NCBI GenBank assembly: GCA_977017645.1
Contig: OZ360257.1
Span: 15,314,001-15,378,000 of the forward strand
Reading direction: 5' to 3'
From: Torpedo marmorata
Lineage: Eukaryota
DNA: 64,000 nt
The position numbers and the translations under genes were made by a program. Below, piece after piece: positions 23,101 through 37,341 of the stretch. The notes below the pieces were generated by a model, which saw only the letters and a program-made list of their open reading frames with translations, was not told where the DNA came from and ran no database searches. Positions within the stretch are counted from its first letter, which is position 1; each line of letters opens with the position of its first letter.

Positions 23101-24745
23101 ACACAACGTGCCGACATAACACCAGACATAACACACATACAGACAAATAATACATACTTACGTCATACATATAATACATTTTAATGCACAGATTCTCCAA
23201 CCGGCGCAATGCTCTTGTCCTTTGAATAAACGGGTTGCTTTTAATGACGTAAGTGGCCAACTTTATAGAAACAACTCCCAAGTGTTCGTGTTGCATTTCG
23301 ATTTTTAATATACTGTAGAAAAATGTCGTGACATAAAGTTGACGGAATTAATGGAAAATAGCTAATGGTTGAACTTTGCACGTGGCATAATAATTTTTAA
23401 TGTAAGTCAACCACTCAGAAAAGATCCCCGCCTGCCGATCCAATATAAGGAAGATATGTGCGCTACGTTGCTTTATTTTAAGAGATTTTCCGCCGCTCAC
23501 GTTAAATTTAAGAAACAGTCTGGTGGCTTTTGTTTCCTCGAATTACCTCCAGCTAAAGGACTTGAGACAGCAGGATCAGAGCAGCCTGTGTGTTCCAAGT
23601 ACAAGCAGCAGCTACATGGAGCTTCCCAGTGCTCCAGACAGTTGTAGATCTCGATCAAAACCAGGCTGCAATACCATCCGAGCAACGAAAATTATCCATA
23701 ATTATTTGGAGGAATTGGGCATGTTTCGTCGTCTGATTTGTAACTTCCACAAAGTATATTGTGCAGCAAGATCATGAAAGAAATACCTTAAATCAAAGGC
23801 AACAACAGGAACAGAATTTGGAAAGAAAATTGAAAATAATTCCGAGGTCCAGGATGAATCCGCAGTTGGAGAGAAGGGGATTGATTAAGGAGAGTTAGCA
23901 TAGCTTTGTTGTTGGCAGATTATATACAACCAAGTTTGTGTTTGTTTCGAGGAACAGCTCAATGTATCGATGAGAGTACTGCAGTTGATGAAGTTGACAC
24001 GAATTTCGGTACGACCCTGTCAAATATCCAGACAATGGGCTTGCACGGTTAGCGTAGGGGTTAGTGCAACACATTTACAGGGCCAGTGTCCCGGGTTCGA
24101 ACCCGCCCCTGTCTGTGAGGAGTTTGTCCGTTCTCCATGTGTTTGCGTGGGTTTCCCTCCGGGTGCTGCAGTTTCCTCCCACGCGTTAAAACGTAGTTTA
24201 TTGGGTTATTTGAGCGGCACAGACTGTGGGCCAGAAAGGCCTGTTACGGTGCTGTATGTCTAAATAAGCACTGGTCCACAGATCAAGGGATCAAAGGCAA
24301 TTTGGAAATTCGGATTCAATATTTGCCTCGTAATAGAAGGTTCATGATGGAAAATTGAATATAGAATATAGAAATCTTCAACGTAGTATAGGCCACTTAG
24401 CCAACAGGGTTATGCCAACCTAATAATCTCCGCTTCCAATGGCCGAGAGTTTCCGTCCTGTATAACGCTTATTATCTCTATGTTCCAAGTACCAATATAC
24501 TAGTCTCTTAAAATATCCTATTGTACCTGCCTCCAAAACATTTGTTAGCAATGAATTCCATGCACCCACTACTCACTGTGTGAAGATCGTGCCTCTAACC
24601 CTCCCCATGTACTTACTACGAAGCACTTTTAACGCATCCCGCCTGAATATAGGTTTTCCTTTGCGTCTGGAAACCTATCTTCCACAGTGCCAAAACGTCA
24701 AACTATTGGGGGGACTCAGCGGATTGAACAGCGTGTGAGTGTGTG

Positions 24746-24824
<79 letters not shown>

Positions 24825-26530
24825 CGGGTGGCAGCGATAGTGGAGTCTTCGGGACGATACTTTGCCTCAGGGCCATGCTTGAAGTTCAGCTCAGCAAGGT
24901 CAAGTTTGAACCTCTTTTCAGAAGAGATGGATCTGATCTCGGCTTCCATATGACATCAACGTTATTAAAGTAAATGTGCACAAGTCTAAGTAGAGCAAAC
25001 ATGCAGTCTCATCGCGCTAATGCCACACTCTTAAAACTACCAGAGAAACGTGGTTCAATAATAATATAATTTCAGCAAATCAGAAGTGTCTGCTGTTCTG
25101 CCTTCAGATCAGAGAACATTATTAATCTAAATCTCTAAAAAGGGTAATATAGAGTATCCTGAGAATTACAGACAGGTGAGGCTTACGTCAGTGGTGTGAA
25201 AACTATCGGAGAGGATTCTTAAGGACACGATTTATGAGCATTTGGAGAAGTACAGTCGTCTGAGAGACATAAGCATGGCTTTGTGAGGGGATGGTCGTGC
25301 CTCATGAGCCTCATTGCATTTTCTGAGGAGATAACAAAATATATTGAGGAAAGTGTGACTTTAGACAAGGTACATATAGATTTCAGTGAGGCGTTTGACA
25401 AGGTTCCCCATGAAGGACTCGGTCAGAAAGACATCAGGCATTCTATCCACGGATTCTCAGCTGTGTGGATAAAAAATTGGCTTGCCTGTAGAAAGCAGAG
25501 GACGGCACAGAAAGTATTCTGTCTGGAAGTCAGTGACTAGTGGAGTTCCGCAGGGATATATTCTAGAACCCCAGCTCTTTGTGCATTTTATAAATGACCG
25601 AGATGAAGAGCGGAAGGGTGTGTCAGTAGGTTTGCAGATGATATAATGGTTGGAGGAGCTGCAGTTAGTGTTGAAGTTTGTCGTAGATTACAATGCAGAG
25701 ATGGGCGCAAAAGTGGCAGATCGACTTCAATCCGGATAAGTTTGTGAAGCATTTTGGAAGGTCAAACCTTGATGACTACAGCATTAATGGTCGGATACTT
25801 AAGAGTGTGGAGGAACAGAGGGACCTTGAAGTTCAAATCCATAGATCTCTCAATGTTTCCGCGCAGGTTGATAGGATAGTTAAGAAGGCGTAGGGATGCT
25901 GGGTTTCAATAATAGGGAGATTGAGTTCAATAGTATAGAGGTCATGTTGCAACTCTACACACCTCTGGTTAGACCATACTTATAGTATTTTATTCAGTTA
26001 TGGCCACATCGTTATAGGAAGGACGTGGAAACTGTGGAGAGGGTGCGGAGGAGATTTACCAGTGTATTGCCTGGATTGGAAAATGTCTTCCGAGGCAAGG
26101 TTAGTAGAGCAGGGACTTTTTTGTTTGGAGTGAAGAAGGATGAGAGGTGACTTAATCAAAGTCTACAAGAATATAGACAGTAGATAGGGAAGACAGCAAG
26201 CGCCTTTTCGCAGGGAGGGAATAGCAAACACCAGGGGACGTTTGCACAAAGTGAAGGGAGGAAGGTTGAGGGGAGATATCAGAGGTAAATTATTCTCACA
26301 GAGATGGAGGAGCCGGCAATGCTTTGCCAGGTTGGTGGTGGGGGCTGAATCATTTTGGGTATTTAAGAGACTCGTAGACAGGCACATGGATGAACGAAAT
26401 TAGAGGATTAAAAGTTTGGAAGGTTTCAGTATTTTCTTGGTAGGAATGTACAGATCGGCACAACATTGAAGGCCGAATAGCCAGTACTGTGCTGTCATGT
26501 TCCATGTTCTATGTTATATGTTTTGAAACT

Positions 26531-27680
26531 ATTTTGCTGCCAATCGTCATTCTGTTCCATGTAATTTACGGCCTCTCAAAATGCATCACTCAGTGGTTGC
26601 TGGGAATGGCAGAAGCTGACTGAGAAGTTGTGAAACTTTATATGAATTGATTTTATATGAGATTGACGATCGGTATTTTCCACATTCAGACTTCAATCAG
26701 ACTTCTCTCTGCAGAGTTATTCTGACCATGTTATTTATTTCCATTGACGGTTCAATGTGACTAACTGTGGCTTTCATGTTCGATCGATTTTTTGCTATTT
26801 GTCACCAAAATCTACGAGCAAAATATTGCACTGAAAATAATTCATCTGTAGCGAAAGCGCGGTGGAATTTTCCTCAACATTTGGAGAAAGCACCATTTTA
26901 TTCACTAACCTCGGGAAGTAATTGATAACGTTGAATTATCCTGCAATGTAATATCATGCTTTTACACCTTATGAATTTGAGCAGTTATTCTCTGGCAGTA
27001 AAAAGTCTTTAACTCATTTGCTCTTTATGTCTTTATCTTGTCGCCACATTCCCTGACCATCAGCCGCATTATACTGTCTATCCGAGCGAGGAGCAAACTC
27101 CGAAGAAGGAACAACAATGGGAACCGCAGTGTCGCAGAGATGGGGAACCGCAGGAAACCGATAATGTTGCTGCTGGTCATTTCCAGCACGTTTATTCTCT
27201 TCAGGATGGCTTTCATATGCGTGCAATTTACTGATAAGCAGTTTTTGGAAGGAAGCTGCAATGATACCTTCACCATTGCGGGATTGTTGGGTTATATGCT
27301 GATGTTTTCGAGTTCTTGCCCAATCCCATTGTTAACAATAGCGATCAGAGCAACGCTATTACAGCGCCAGCGACCCGGGTTCATTTCCGGCGCTACTGGA
27401 AGGAGCTTGTACATTCTCCCCATGTCCACGAGTGTTTCCTCCGTGCCCTCCGGTTTCCTCCCAAATAAAAAAAAAACGTAAGGAGGTTGAAAGTTAATTG
27501 TGATATTTTGGTGGGACGGGCTCGTGGGCCGGAAGTGCCTGTTCCCGTTCCCAACGCTAGATTTAAAATTTAAACCACTTCCTTGTTGCACTGTCCTAGA
27601 GAAAATTCAGAGAGGGTCTGAAGAACCTGGTAAAATGTCCAGTGACTCTTCTTACCAAGGCAAACAACTGCAAGGAATGA
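26531..27680 (+). pseudogene. Family B GPCR pseudogene copy
   Basis: Same sequence, same TM3 TGA and same SINE as 14340-15487. Confidence 0.87.
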
Positions 27681-29577
27681 CACCAGTTTATTTTCTCACA
27701 TAACAAAATGAATAACCTCGAACAAAGTAAACAAAAATCACTGTACGTGCATGACCACAAAGTAACCTTCAAATGAAAATTGGGTCTCTGGATGGTGCAC
27801 AGAACGTACAATATACAACACAGTGCAGAACCTTCAGTACACGACTTTGTGCCAATTTACCTGAACCCATTCCACAACAATATAATTTCCCAAGCGCACA
27901 CATATAACGCTGTATATTTCTTAAACCCTGTTCCTATCTTGAAGACATTAGAATGTCCCTATTGTAGCAATATCCGCCACCACAGGCAATGATTTCGAGG
28001 GACCAACCACTATCTGTTTAAAAACGTACCTTCCACATTTGCCTTAAAGTTTCCTTTACTCACCTTAATAAGCTGTCCTCCGGTATTAACTATTGTCGCC
28101 CCAGGAAACAGGTGCTGAATGTCCAAACTTTCTAAGCCCCTTCATATCCTTATATACCTCTATTTATTCACCTGTCATCCACAGAGAAAAGCTCTATCTC
28201 TGTCAACCTTGCTCCATATGACATGGTCTCCAATCCAGGCAATAGAATATCCTGATAAATATCTGCACCCTCTCTAATGCATCTACATACTTGCAGTAAC
28301 AAAGCGAACAGAACTGAACGCAATATTCCAAGTGTGGTCTCACCAGAGGTTTATGGGTCTGCAATATTTCCTCTCGGCTTTTATCCGACGAATGAAGTCC
28401 AACCCACCATACACCTTCTTGACCAGCGCGTCAACTAGCGCAGCAACCTTAAGGGGTGTACTAACATGGACCCCAAGATCTCTCAATTCCTCCAAACTGT
28501 TAGAAAGTCTGCCATTAACACGCACTCCGCCTTCGATTCGACCTCCAAAGTGCACTATACTTAACCGTATAGAACTCAATCTGCCACTTCTCTGCCCAAC
28601 TCAGCATCGTGTCTATATCCCGTTATAACCCACGACAGCCTTCTGCACTCCAGACAACACTGTGAACCGTTGGATGATTAGCAAATGCAAAGAAAATAGA
28701 GCACAGAAAGAAACTCTCTGATTGGACTTGATGCCTTCGAACCAACCCTCAGCGTTGATGCATTACCCCAAATACCACAGGCGCTCCAACCACTCCTCGG
28801 ATCTGTGTGGCGTTTGCAACAAAAATTAACCCAGCATTTCAAGCGGGACGGTTCACGTCACAGTTCGGCGGAATGCATTTACAGCGTCAGCGACGCGGGT
28901 TCAAATACAGCGCTGCCCTGGAAGGAGTTTTATTGCTTTCCCTCGTGAACTGCTCGGTTTCCCCGGGTACTCTGGTTCCTTCCCACTCACGAAATAAAGT
29001 GTGGGGTTGGCATGTTCAGTGGATGTCATTTGGCAGCACGGTCGTGTGTATAGTTTAAATAAAATTTCAGTCAAGCCAGCATGGCAGTTGACGAGTGAAA
29101 ACAAATCATCAGTTCAGACCGACTGATGAACCTGTGAAAGCTCATGGCAACAAAGTTATTTTCAGGTATATAATAATGAAAAGGAAAATATGTGTGATAA
29201 TGAGGATCATTGGGAACAAAGAACAGAGAGAATTGCGAACAAGTCACCCCAGGGACGAGGTTAAAGCGAAGCAAATGGAGATAGATGAAGGCGACACTCC
29301 AGTGTCACGGTTCCACGTCAGGTGATGCAGCGAGCTCGCACCTGAACCTTGTTTATTACGATAACACGTGTTAATTACTCTGGGCGGAGCGATCTCAGGA
29401 CATTAACTTAGAACGAACTGATACGGTTTGTTAAATCGAGTATGTGAAGGTGTTATGTAATTTAATGTCCCAGTAGAACGGCTGTCCTATAAATTAGGCT
29501 TCACAGTGAAACTCTTCATTTTCACATATTCATATGTGCTGTAGAGAAACCGCTCTTATCCTCAAAAGATACCACGA

Positions 29578-29629
29578 ATGGACGCCACGGAGATCTTCTA
29601 TCCCATTCTTGCAATTGTCGGCATTCCTG
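29578..29629 (+). CDS. gpr139-like: Family A GPCR copy 3, exon 1 (MDATEIFYPILAIVGIP+G)
   Basis: The first ATG is ATA (29569); the second ATG at 29578 is intact. Donor GTAAGT at 29630. Confidence 0.87.
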
Positions 29630-31414
29630 GTAAGTGGTTTTCCTGCGATCTCGACCGCGTGTTTTCTGGTTGTCCGTNNNNNNNNNNNNNNNNNNNNNNN
29701 NNNNNNNNNNNNNNNNNNNNNNNNNNNNNNNNNNNNNNNNNNNNNNNNNNNNNNNNNNNNNNNNNNNNNNNNNNNNNNNNNNNNNNNNNNNNNNNNNNNN
29801 NNNNNNCGCTCTGCCAGGATTTAAAGAATCTATTGACCTGACGTTGTTGAAGTTAGACAATGTCCAGTCGCTAGAAAATAAAACCGAAGACCTCTGAGCA
29901 ATGCTGCTATATCAGAGACAGTTGAGACAAATCTCAGTTATTTGCTGCTGCGAGTCCTGTCCAACAGAAAACACAAAGAACGCTGCGATCCGACCAGGGG
30001 TTTTAACCATTCACAGGCTGGACTGGGACATGGATTCTGGCAAAGTGATAGGTCACAGTGTTTGCTTTCCTGTTAATATCGGTTGGTGCACGGACGTTGG
30101 TGTTCTATCGAAATCGTCCTCCAGTGGCGGAGAGCAGATATCGATCAAATGAAAACTCTTCAATGTACCCCGAGGTTTCTCATCAGTTATTCTCACCCGA
30201 GTTTATCCTCTTCCGACACCAATTACAAACAGGCACGTGCGGAGCTGCATGACGTGGTCAGTAAACAAGCCCACCCCGAGACACTTCCAGTCACAGTCGT
30301 TGAGTTTAACCAGGCCTGTCTTAAGAAAGCCCTGCGCATATATCACCAGCACGTAACCTGCTGTACCAGAGACACCAGCTCATTTGATCATTGCGACGAC
30401 AACATAAGGAATGCCTACGTTCTTTCATGATACAGCATGTAGGTGTTTGCTGTCCACCCCATCTAAACCCCTCATGATGTTGTCTACCCCCAATAATTCA
30501 CCTCTTCCCCTTCATCGCAGTAGAGAAAAGCCACAGCTCTGTAAACCTTCCTTCATATGATAGGTTCTGCAATCCAGGCAACACCTTTTCACACTCTCCA
30601 GAGCATCCAGATATTTCCTATAAGGAGGCAACCTTAACTGAACGCAACGATTTGAACTGTTTATCGTCACGTATCCGGGTAAAGGTGAAAAGGCGTTATT
30701 TTGCCTGCTATCCAGGCAAGTCAAGCCACATAAAATACAGCAGGCAGCGCAAGGATAAAAAATAGTACAGGTGATAGTGTTACAATAAAGTACAGAATGA
30801 CGTTTTAAAGACAGGAGTGCTGTTAATCTATGCAAGTCATTACGTTTTACTCATGAGAGTTCTATTCAAAAGCCTGCCAGCAGGAATGCAAGTGCCCTTG
30901 AACCTGGTTGGGTGCGTTTTGTCCAATCTCGTTCTTCTTGTGCCCGGCGGCAGGGAGAAGGAGAGACTGCGGGAGGGGTGGAACAGATTCTTGAGCATGT
31001 ACAGTGATTATTTATCCGGGTGACGGCGGGAGATATGGACGAAGTCGATGGACGGGGGATTGGATTATTGATAACACTGATTGCGTTCATTACACTCCGT
31101 GGTTTCTTGAGACTCCGAGGTCAGCAGTTTCCACACCAATCTGTGATGCACCCGCACCGGACACTTTCTATTGTTCATCTGCACACAACGGACAGGGTCA
31201 ACGGGGGCATGCCGAAATTCCTCCGCTTCTGAGGAAGTGAAAGCGTTGCTGCGCTTTCCATTCCGTAGTGCCAATGTAATGTTGGCAACCGCATAATTTA
31301 GAGGAGCATACAAATGTTTCGATTACGTTAATCCCAAAGATTCCATTGTAAAAATTACGTTAAAGATGTTGGCTTGTTTTTCTGGTAGTTTCCTGGTTTT
31401 CCATCTTGTTACAG

Positions 31415-32328
31415 GTAACCTGCTCTCGATTGTGGTCCTGTCCCGGGGAATGTGCGGCCTCTCCAAAGGAGTGATTCGTTACATGGTAACCATGGCAGTT
31501 GCAGACACAATGGTCTGTGTGTTTAACGTTACAGTGTCATTCGTCTTCCGCCATTATTTTCAGGGTTCATTCTGGGCCCACACCACCACTTGTCGCCTTA
31601 CAGACTTCATACAGAAATCCAGCGTGCAATTCACTGTCTGGGCCACGGTATCGTTCACAGTGGACCGCTTCATTACCATTTGTTGCCAGCAATTCAAAAC
31701 AAAATATTGTACCGAAAGAAACGCCACGGTGGTTCTTACAACTGTGGGTCTGCTGACCTTTGTGATGCACATTCCAGCTTATTTCCGGTATGAACCCCAT
31801 TACATTGCGGGTGATGTCCAATGGGGCTGCCGAACTATAACACAATACATTTCTTCACCAGCATGGCAGACTTACAGATGGTTGTCTAAACTTATGGTAC
31901 CACTCGTGCCGCTGCCGCTGATGTTGCTGTTGAATTCTCTCACCATCCGACACATTTTACTTGTCAGCAGAGCTCGGAAGGCTTTGAAGCGCCGTGGGGA
32001 CGGTCAGGTATTTGATCCCGAGATGACGAACCGGAGAACGTCCATTATATTGCTCTTCGCCATTTCTGGTACCTTCATAGCGTTGTGGACACCGGTTACG
32101 ATAATTGACCAATATTTCCATCTCACCGCAAGTTTTTTGATCGACGCCCCGAAGTCACTGCTTCTGGCAATTAGAATCGCGATTCTGCTGATGTATTTGA
32201 GCTGCTGCACAAACACTTGTGTTTATGCGTTGACACAGAGTAGATTCCGGGATGAGGTGAAGAAGGTGGCAAAATATCCATTTATTGCCCTTGTACGGTT
32301 TTTAAAACCTATGACGCAGCCACAATGA
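31415..32328 (+). CDS. gpr139-like: Family A GPCR copy 3, exon 2 (321 aa spliced)
   Basis: Acceptor ends at 31414. Intact 7TM frame with DRF, WTP and NTCVY motifs. Confidence 0.93.
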
Positions 32329-32769
32329 ATCAGAGATCATGGCCCTGTTCCTCCGTCCGCTTCCAATGTCGAATCTCGTCCTTTTTCTTTATAATTCCCT
32401 GTAACGTAATCCCCGTAAACAAAGCCAACCACACACACCATTCCCACACCAGCAATTCGGGACGTGTCCTCCTGTACTGCTAAATGGAGGCCATCCGCAA
32501 ATTAGGCGACTACTGGATAACTGGATATTGTAAATGTCCAAACAATTAAATGAAACGTTCAACGACGTACTGTATGAATCACATTTTTCCCAGGTTAATC
32601 AATATTTCAAATTTGAGTTCAGGTTGGTTGTCGCATGTACGATGACCTCATGAGAGTGTTTTTTGATTTGATTTTTTTACAACATACCAGTTGGCATCTC
32701 ATCATCGAAGAAGGAGTGAGACGCAACTAAAAAGTGCAGAGTTACAGAGAAGGAGAGAAAGTGAGAGTA

Positions 32770-32788
32770 CGAGAGAGATAACGAAATG

Positions 32789-32824
<36 letters not shown>

Positions 32825-32836
32825 AATGGAGAGAGA

Positions 32837-32871
<35 letters not shown>

Positions 32872-33018
32872 GGAGAGAGAGAGGGAGCGAGACAGAGAGA
32901 CAGAGAGAGTGAGAGAGTGATTGAGCGAGAGACAGAGACACACACATAGAGAGAGAGAGAGAGAGAGAGTCAGACAGACAGAGACAGAGAGATGGGAGAG
33001 GGAGAAATAGAGAGAGAG
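32770..33018. repeat. Compound (GA)n microsatellite in the putative 3'UTR of family A (N-filled in units 1, 2, 5)
   Basis: Direct reading. Confidence 0.95.
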
Positions 33019-36000
33019 TTCAGTTGGTACGGAACAAAGGAGACATTATTTCACTATCTTGGGACAAATACAGAAAACGCAGAGATTTCTCATCAGTCCT
33101 GGTCGTCTGTGCCAGATCTTTTAAGGAAATTCCGCTGGAGAGCAGAATCGAACGTCATCGGGTCAAGCAATTGCAAATTCGTTTCTTATTCAATTTTTAA
33201 AAAGGCAGTATCCCAAACACAGGCCGTGTCATATTTAATGTTCTGTAATATAACATAACAATAAAATAAACTTGAATCATCAATTTCGGGAGGATACAGA
33301 TCAGGTGAAAACTTGGACAGGGCGTTGCCAGCAGGACTTTAATACTGACAACTCCAAATAGTGCACGGCATATGCACTAAATGTTCCAGCAGGAAGGAAA
33401 CGTGATGAACAGAGAGACATGGGGGTCTGAATTCATAGTTGCCTGAAAGCAGCAACACGGTTTTTAGGGTGATGGTCCCTTCCTAGTTCATACGATCTCG
33501 AATTTCACAAACACTGTTCAGACTGTACTTGAAGTATTGTTTGCAGTTCTGGTCGCCACACTATTTATGTGATTGGACCGGAGATGTTGCAGAGGAAATT
33601 CACCAGGATGTTGCCTGGAAAGGAGGACGAGCTGTGGAAGGTGCTTAATAGGAAGGGGCCTATTTTCCCTGGAGCACAGCAGGTTTATGAGCGAGCTGGG
33701 AAATATAAGTAAGATGATGAGAGTCACCGATAGGGAAGATGTTCAAAACCTATTTCTAATGGCAGGGTTAACAAAAGTAAGTGGACACGAGTTTAAGGTT
33801 AATTTTAAGAGGGATCTGAGAGATTGTATTTTTAAACAGGCATATGAAGCAAAGAAATATGCTGGAGGAACTCAGTAGGTCGAGCATCATTCGTGGAGAA
33901 AGGAAACATCGACGTTTCGGGTCAGAACCCTTCATCACGTTTAATATTTGATTTGCTCTTCTCGGGGATGCGGTGAAGTCAGATATAATTCTCCAAACAC
34001 ATCAGTAAGGAAGCCACTGTTTCTTTGGGTGCTGCTCTTGACTCAATTACCTTCATGACGTTGTCTCTCTCGTATTCGGTGATGATCTATTTTATTACCC
34101 CGGACGTCTGCTCAACAGCAGAATTCCAGACAATGGGTTCTAATTTCCTTAACCATCACTATGAACAGTGGGATGACGAGCAGAACTCTCTTATCCAGCA
34201 GAACTGTTCCTGAATCAGCAAAAACGTAACAGGTTAATACTTGAAACTTGTGCTGCTTCCACTAGGCTCCATAATCATATGTGGGTTAATCTAAACATGA
34301 ACAATTTGTTGGAGAATTCGGAAAATCAATTTCAATTTGCTATTTTTCATCCGAATTATTTGATCTGATTTTTGTGTGGATTTCAGAACAATTATGTTTC
34401 CAACGCAAAGGCAAAATGATATAGTACTTTTCAAGATTCCAACCGCGTGAATTTAAACAATACTAAGTAACAGGCAAATCATCACAAGTTCTAGGGTTTG
34501 TTGGTTGTTTCACGAATCTATAAATACACATCGCCACTATAATAATGCGATGTGGATATATTTTCTTTGGAATTATACGTTTTCCTGATCGACATCAGCA
34601 GTTATGACTTGATTTAATCTATTTGCTCCAATGAAAATCTGCGAATAATGACAATCATTTTGTGTTCATGTGTCATTATGTGTCAGGCTTACTTTATTGA
34701 TAAGTCAGGCATTGCTGTGAATTCCATTAAGCCAGTGGTTTTCAAACTTATTATTTCCACTCACATACCACCTTATATAATCCCTCACTAATCACAGAGC
34801 AACTATGATATACGGATTACTTAATGTGGTGTGTGAGTTTGAAGAAAAAGTTTGAAAACCACTGCATTAAACTAAATGGCGCAACTGCATCTCATCTGTC
34901 CAATCATGGAGTGACCAGTAATTTTAGAGAACGAAAAAAATAACAATCCTATTCTTAGAATAGTTCGTGTACATCGTAAGCCATGTAACATCTGCTAAAT
35001 CATTTTTTCTTACTCGAGTTTTCAAGTCAAGTTTTTTGTCATCTGATTGTACAAGTACAACCCGACGAAACAGCGTTCCCTGGTGTAGGTGCAAAGCATG
35101 CAGACATACAACCAGACATAACACACATACAGACAAATAATACATATTTACGTCATACATATAATACATTTTAATGCACAGCTTCTCCAACCGGCGCAAT
35201 GCTCTTGTCCATTGAATAAACGCGTTGCTTTTGCTGACGTCAGTTCCCAAATTTATAGAAACAATTCCCAAGTGTTCGTGTTGCATTTCGATTTTTAATA
35301 TACTGCAGCAAAATGTGGTGACATAAAATTGAGGGAATTAATGGAAAATTGCTATTGGTTTAGCTTTGCACGTGGCGAAATAATTTGTAATGGTAGTCAA
35401 CCACTCAGAAAAGATCCCCGCATGCCGATCCAATATAAGGAGGTTATGTGCGCTACATTGCTTTATTTCAAAGAGATTTTCCGCCGCTCACGTTCAATTC
35501 AAGAAACAGTCTGGTGGCTTTTGTTTCCTCGAATTACCTCCAGCTAAAGGATTTGAGACAGCAGGATCAGAGCAGCCTGTGTGTTCCAAGTACAAGCAGC
35601 AGCTACATGGACCTTCCCAGTTCTCCAGACAGTTGTAGATCTCGATCAAAACAAGGCTGCAATACCATCCTTGGAACGAAAATTATCCATAATTATTTGG
35701 AGGATTTGGGCATGATTCGTCGTCTGATTTATGACTTCCACCAATTATAATGTGCAGCAAGATCATGAAAGAAATGCCTTAAATCAAAGACAACAACAGG
35801 AATAGCATTTGGAAAGAAAATTGAAAATAATTCCGAGGTCCAGGATGAATCCGCAGTTGGAGAAAAGGGGATTGATTAAGGGGAGATAGCATAGCTTTGT
35901 TGTTGGCAGATTATATACAACTAATTTTATGTTTGTTTCGAGGAACAGCTCAATGTATCGATGAGAGTACTGCAGTTGATGAAGTTGACACGAATTTCGG

Positions 36001-36717
36001 TACGACTCTGTCAAATATCCAGATAATGGGCTTGCACAGTTCGCGTAGCGGTTAGTGCAACACATTTACAGGGCCAGTGTCCCGGGTTCGAACCCGGCCC
36101 TGTCTGTGAGGAGTTTGTCCGTTCTCCATGCGTCTGCGTTGGTTTCCTCCGGGTGATCCGGTTTCCTCCCACCCTTTAAAACGTAGTTTATTGGGGTATT
36201 TGAGCGGCACAGACTGTGGGCCAGAAAGGCCTGTTACGGTGCTGTATGTCTAAATAATGCACTGGTCCACAGATCAAGGAATCAAAGGCAATTTGGAAAT
36301 TCGGATTCAATGTTTGCCTCGTAACAGAAGGTAATAGTTCATGATGGAAAATTGAATATAGATATAGAAATCTTCAACGTAGTATAGGCCATTTAGCCCA
36401 CAGTGTTATGCCAACCTAATAATCTCCGCTTCCAATGGCCGAGAATTTCCGTCCTGTATAACGCTCATTAATTATCTCTCTGTTCCATGTACTAATATAC
36501 TAGTTCTCTTAAAATATCCTATTGTACCTGCCTCCAAAACATTTGTTAGCAGTGAATTGCATGCACCCACACCTCACTGTGTGAAGATCGTGCCTCTAAC
36601 CTTCCCCATGTACTTAATCCGAAGCACTTTTAAATGCCCCCCCCCCCTGAATGGAGGTTTTCATTTGCGTCTGGAAACCTTTCTTGCACAGTGCCAAAAC
36701 GTCAAACTATTGGGGAA

Positions 36718-37341
36718 NNNNNNNNNNNNNNNNNNNNNNNNNNNNNNNNNNNNNNNNNNNNNNNNNNNNNNNNNNNNNNNNNNNNNNNNNNNNNNNNNNN
36801 NNNNNNNNNNNNNNNNNNNNNNNNNNNNNNNNNNNNNNNNNNNNNNNNNNNNNNNNNNNNNNNNNNNNNNNNNNNNNNNNNNNNNNNNNNNNNNNNNNNN
36901 NNNNNNNNNNNNNNNNNNNNNTGTGNNNNNNNNNNNNNNNNNNNNNNNNNNNNNNNNNNNNNNNNNNNNNNNNNNNNNNNNNNNNNNNNNNNNNNNNNNN
37001 NNNNNNNNNNNNNNNNNNNNNNNNNNNNNNNNNNNNNNNNNNNNNNNNNNNNNNNNNNNNNNNNNNNNNNNNNNNNNNNNNNNNNNNNNNNNNNNNNNNN
37101 NNNNNNNNNNNNNNNNNNNNNNNNNNNNNNNNNNNNNNNNNNNNNNNNNNNNNNNNNNNNNNNNNNNNNNNNNNNNNNNNNNNNNNNNNNNNNNNNNNNN
37201 NNNNNNNNNNNNNNNNNNNNNNNNNNNNNNNNNNNNNNNNNNNNNNNNNNNNNNNNNNNNNNNNNNNNNNNNNNNNNNNNNNNNNNNNNNNNNNNNNNNN
37301 NNNNNNNNNNNNNNNNNNNNNNNNNNNNNNNNNNNNNNNNN
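36718..37341. other. N-runs (also 3735-3870, 6761-6903, 20573-20705, 29678-29806, 44266-44516, 52064-52241, 62874-63010)
   Basis: Every N-run sits where a sister unit shows a dinucleotide repeat, so these are masked or unresolved microsatellites. Confidence 0.9.
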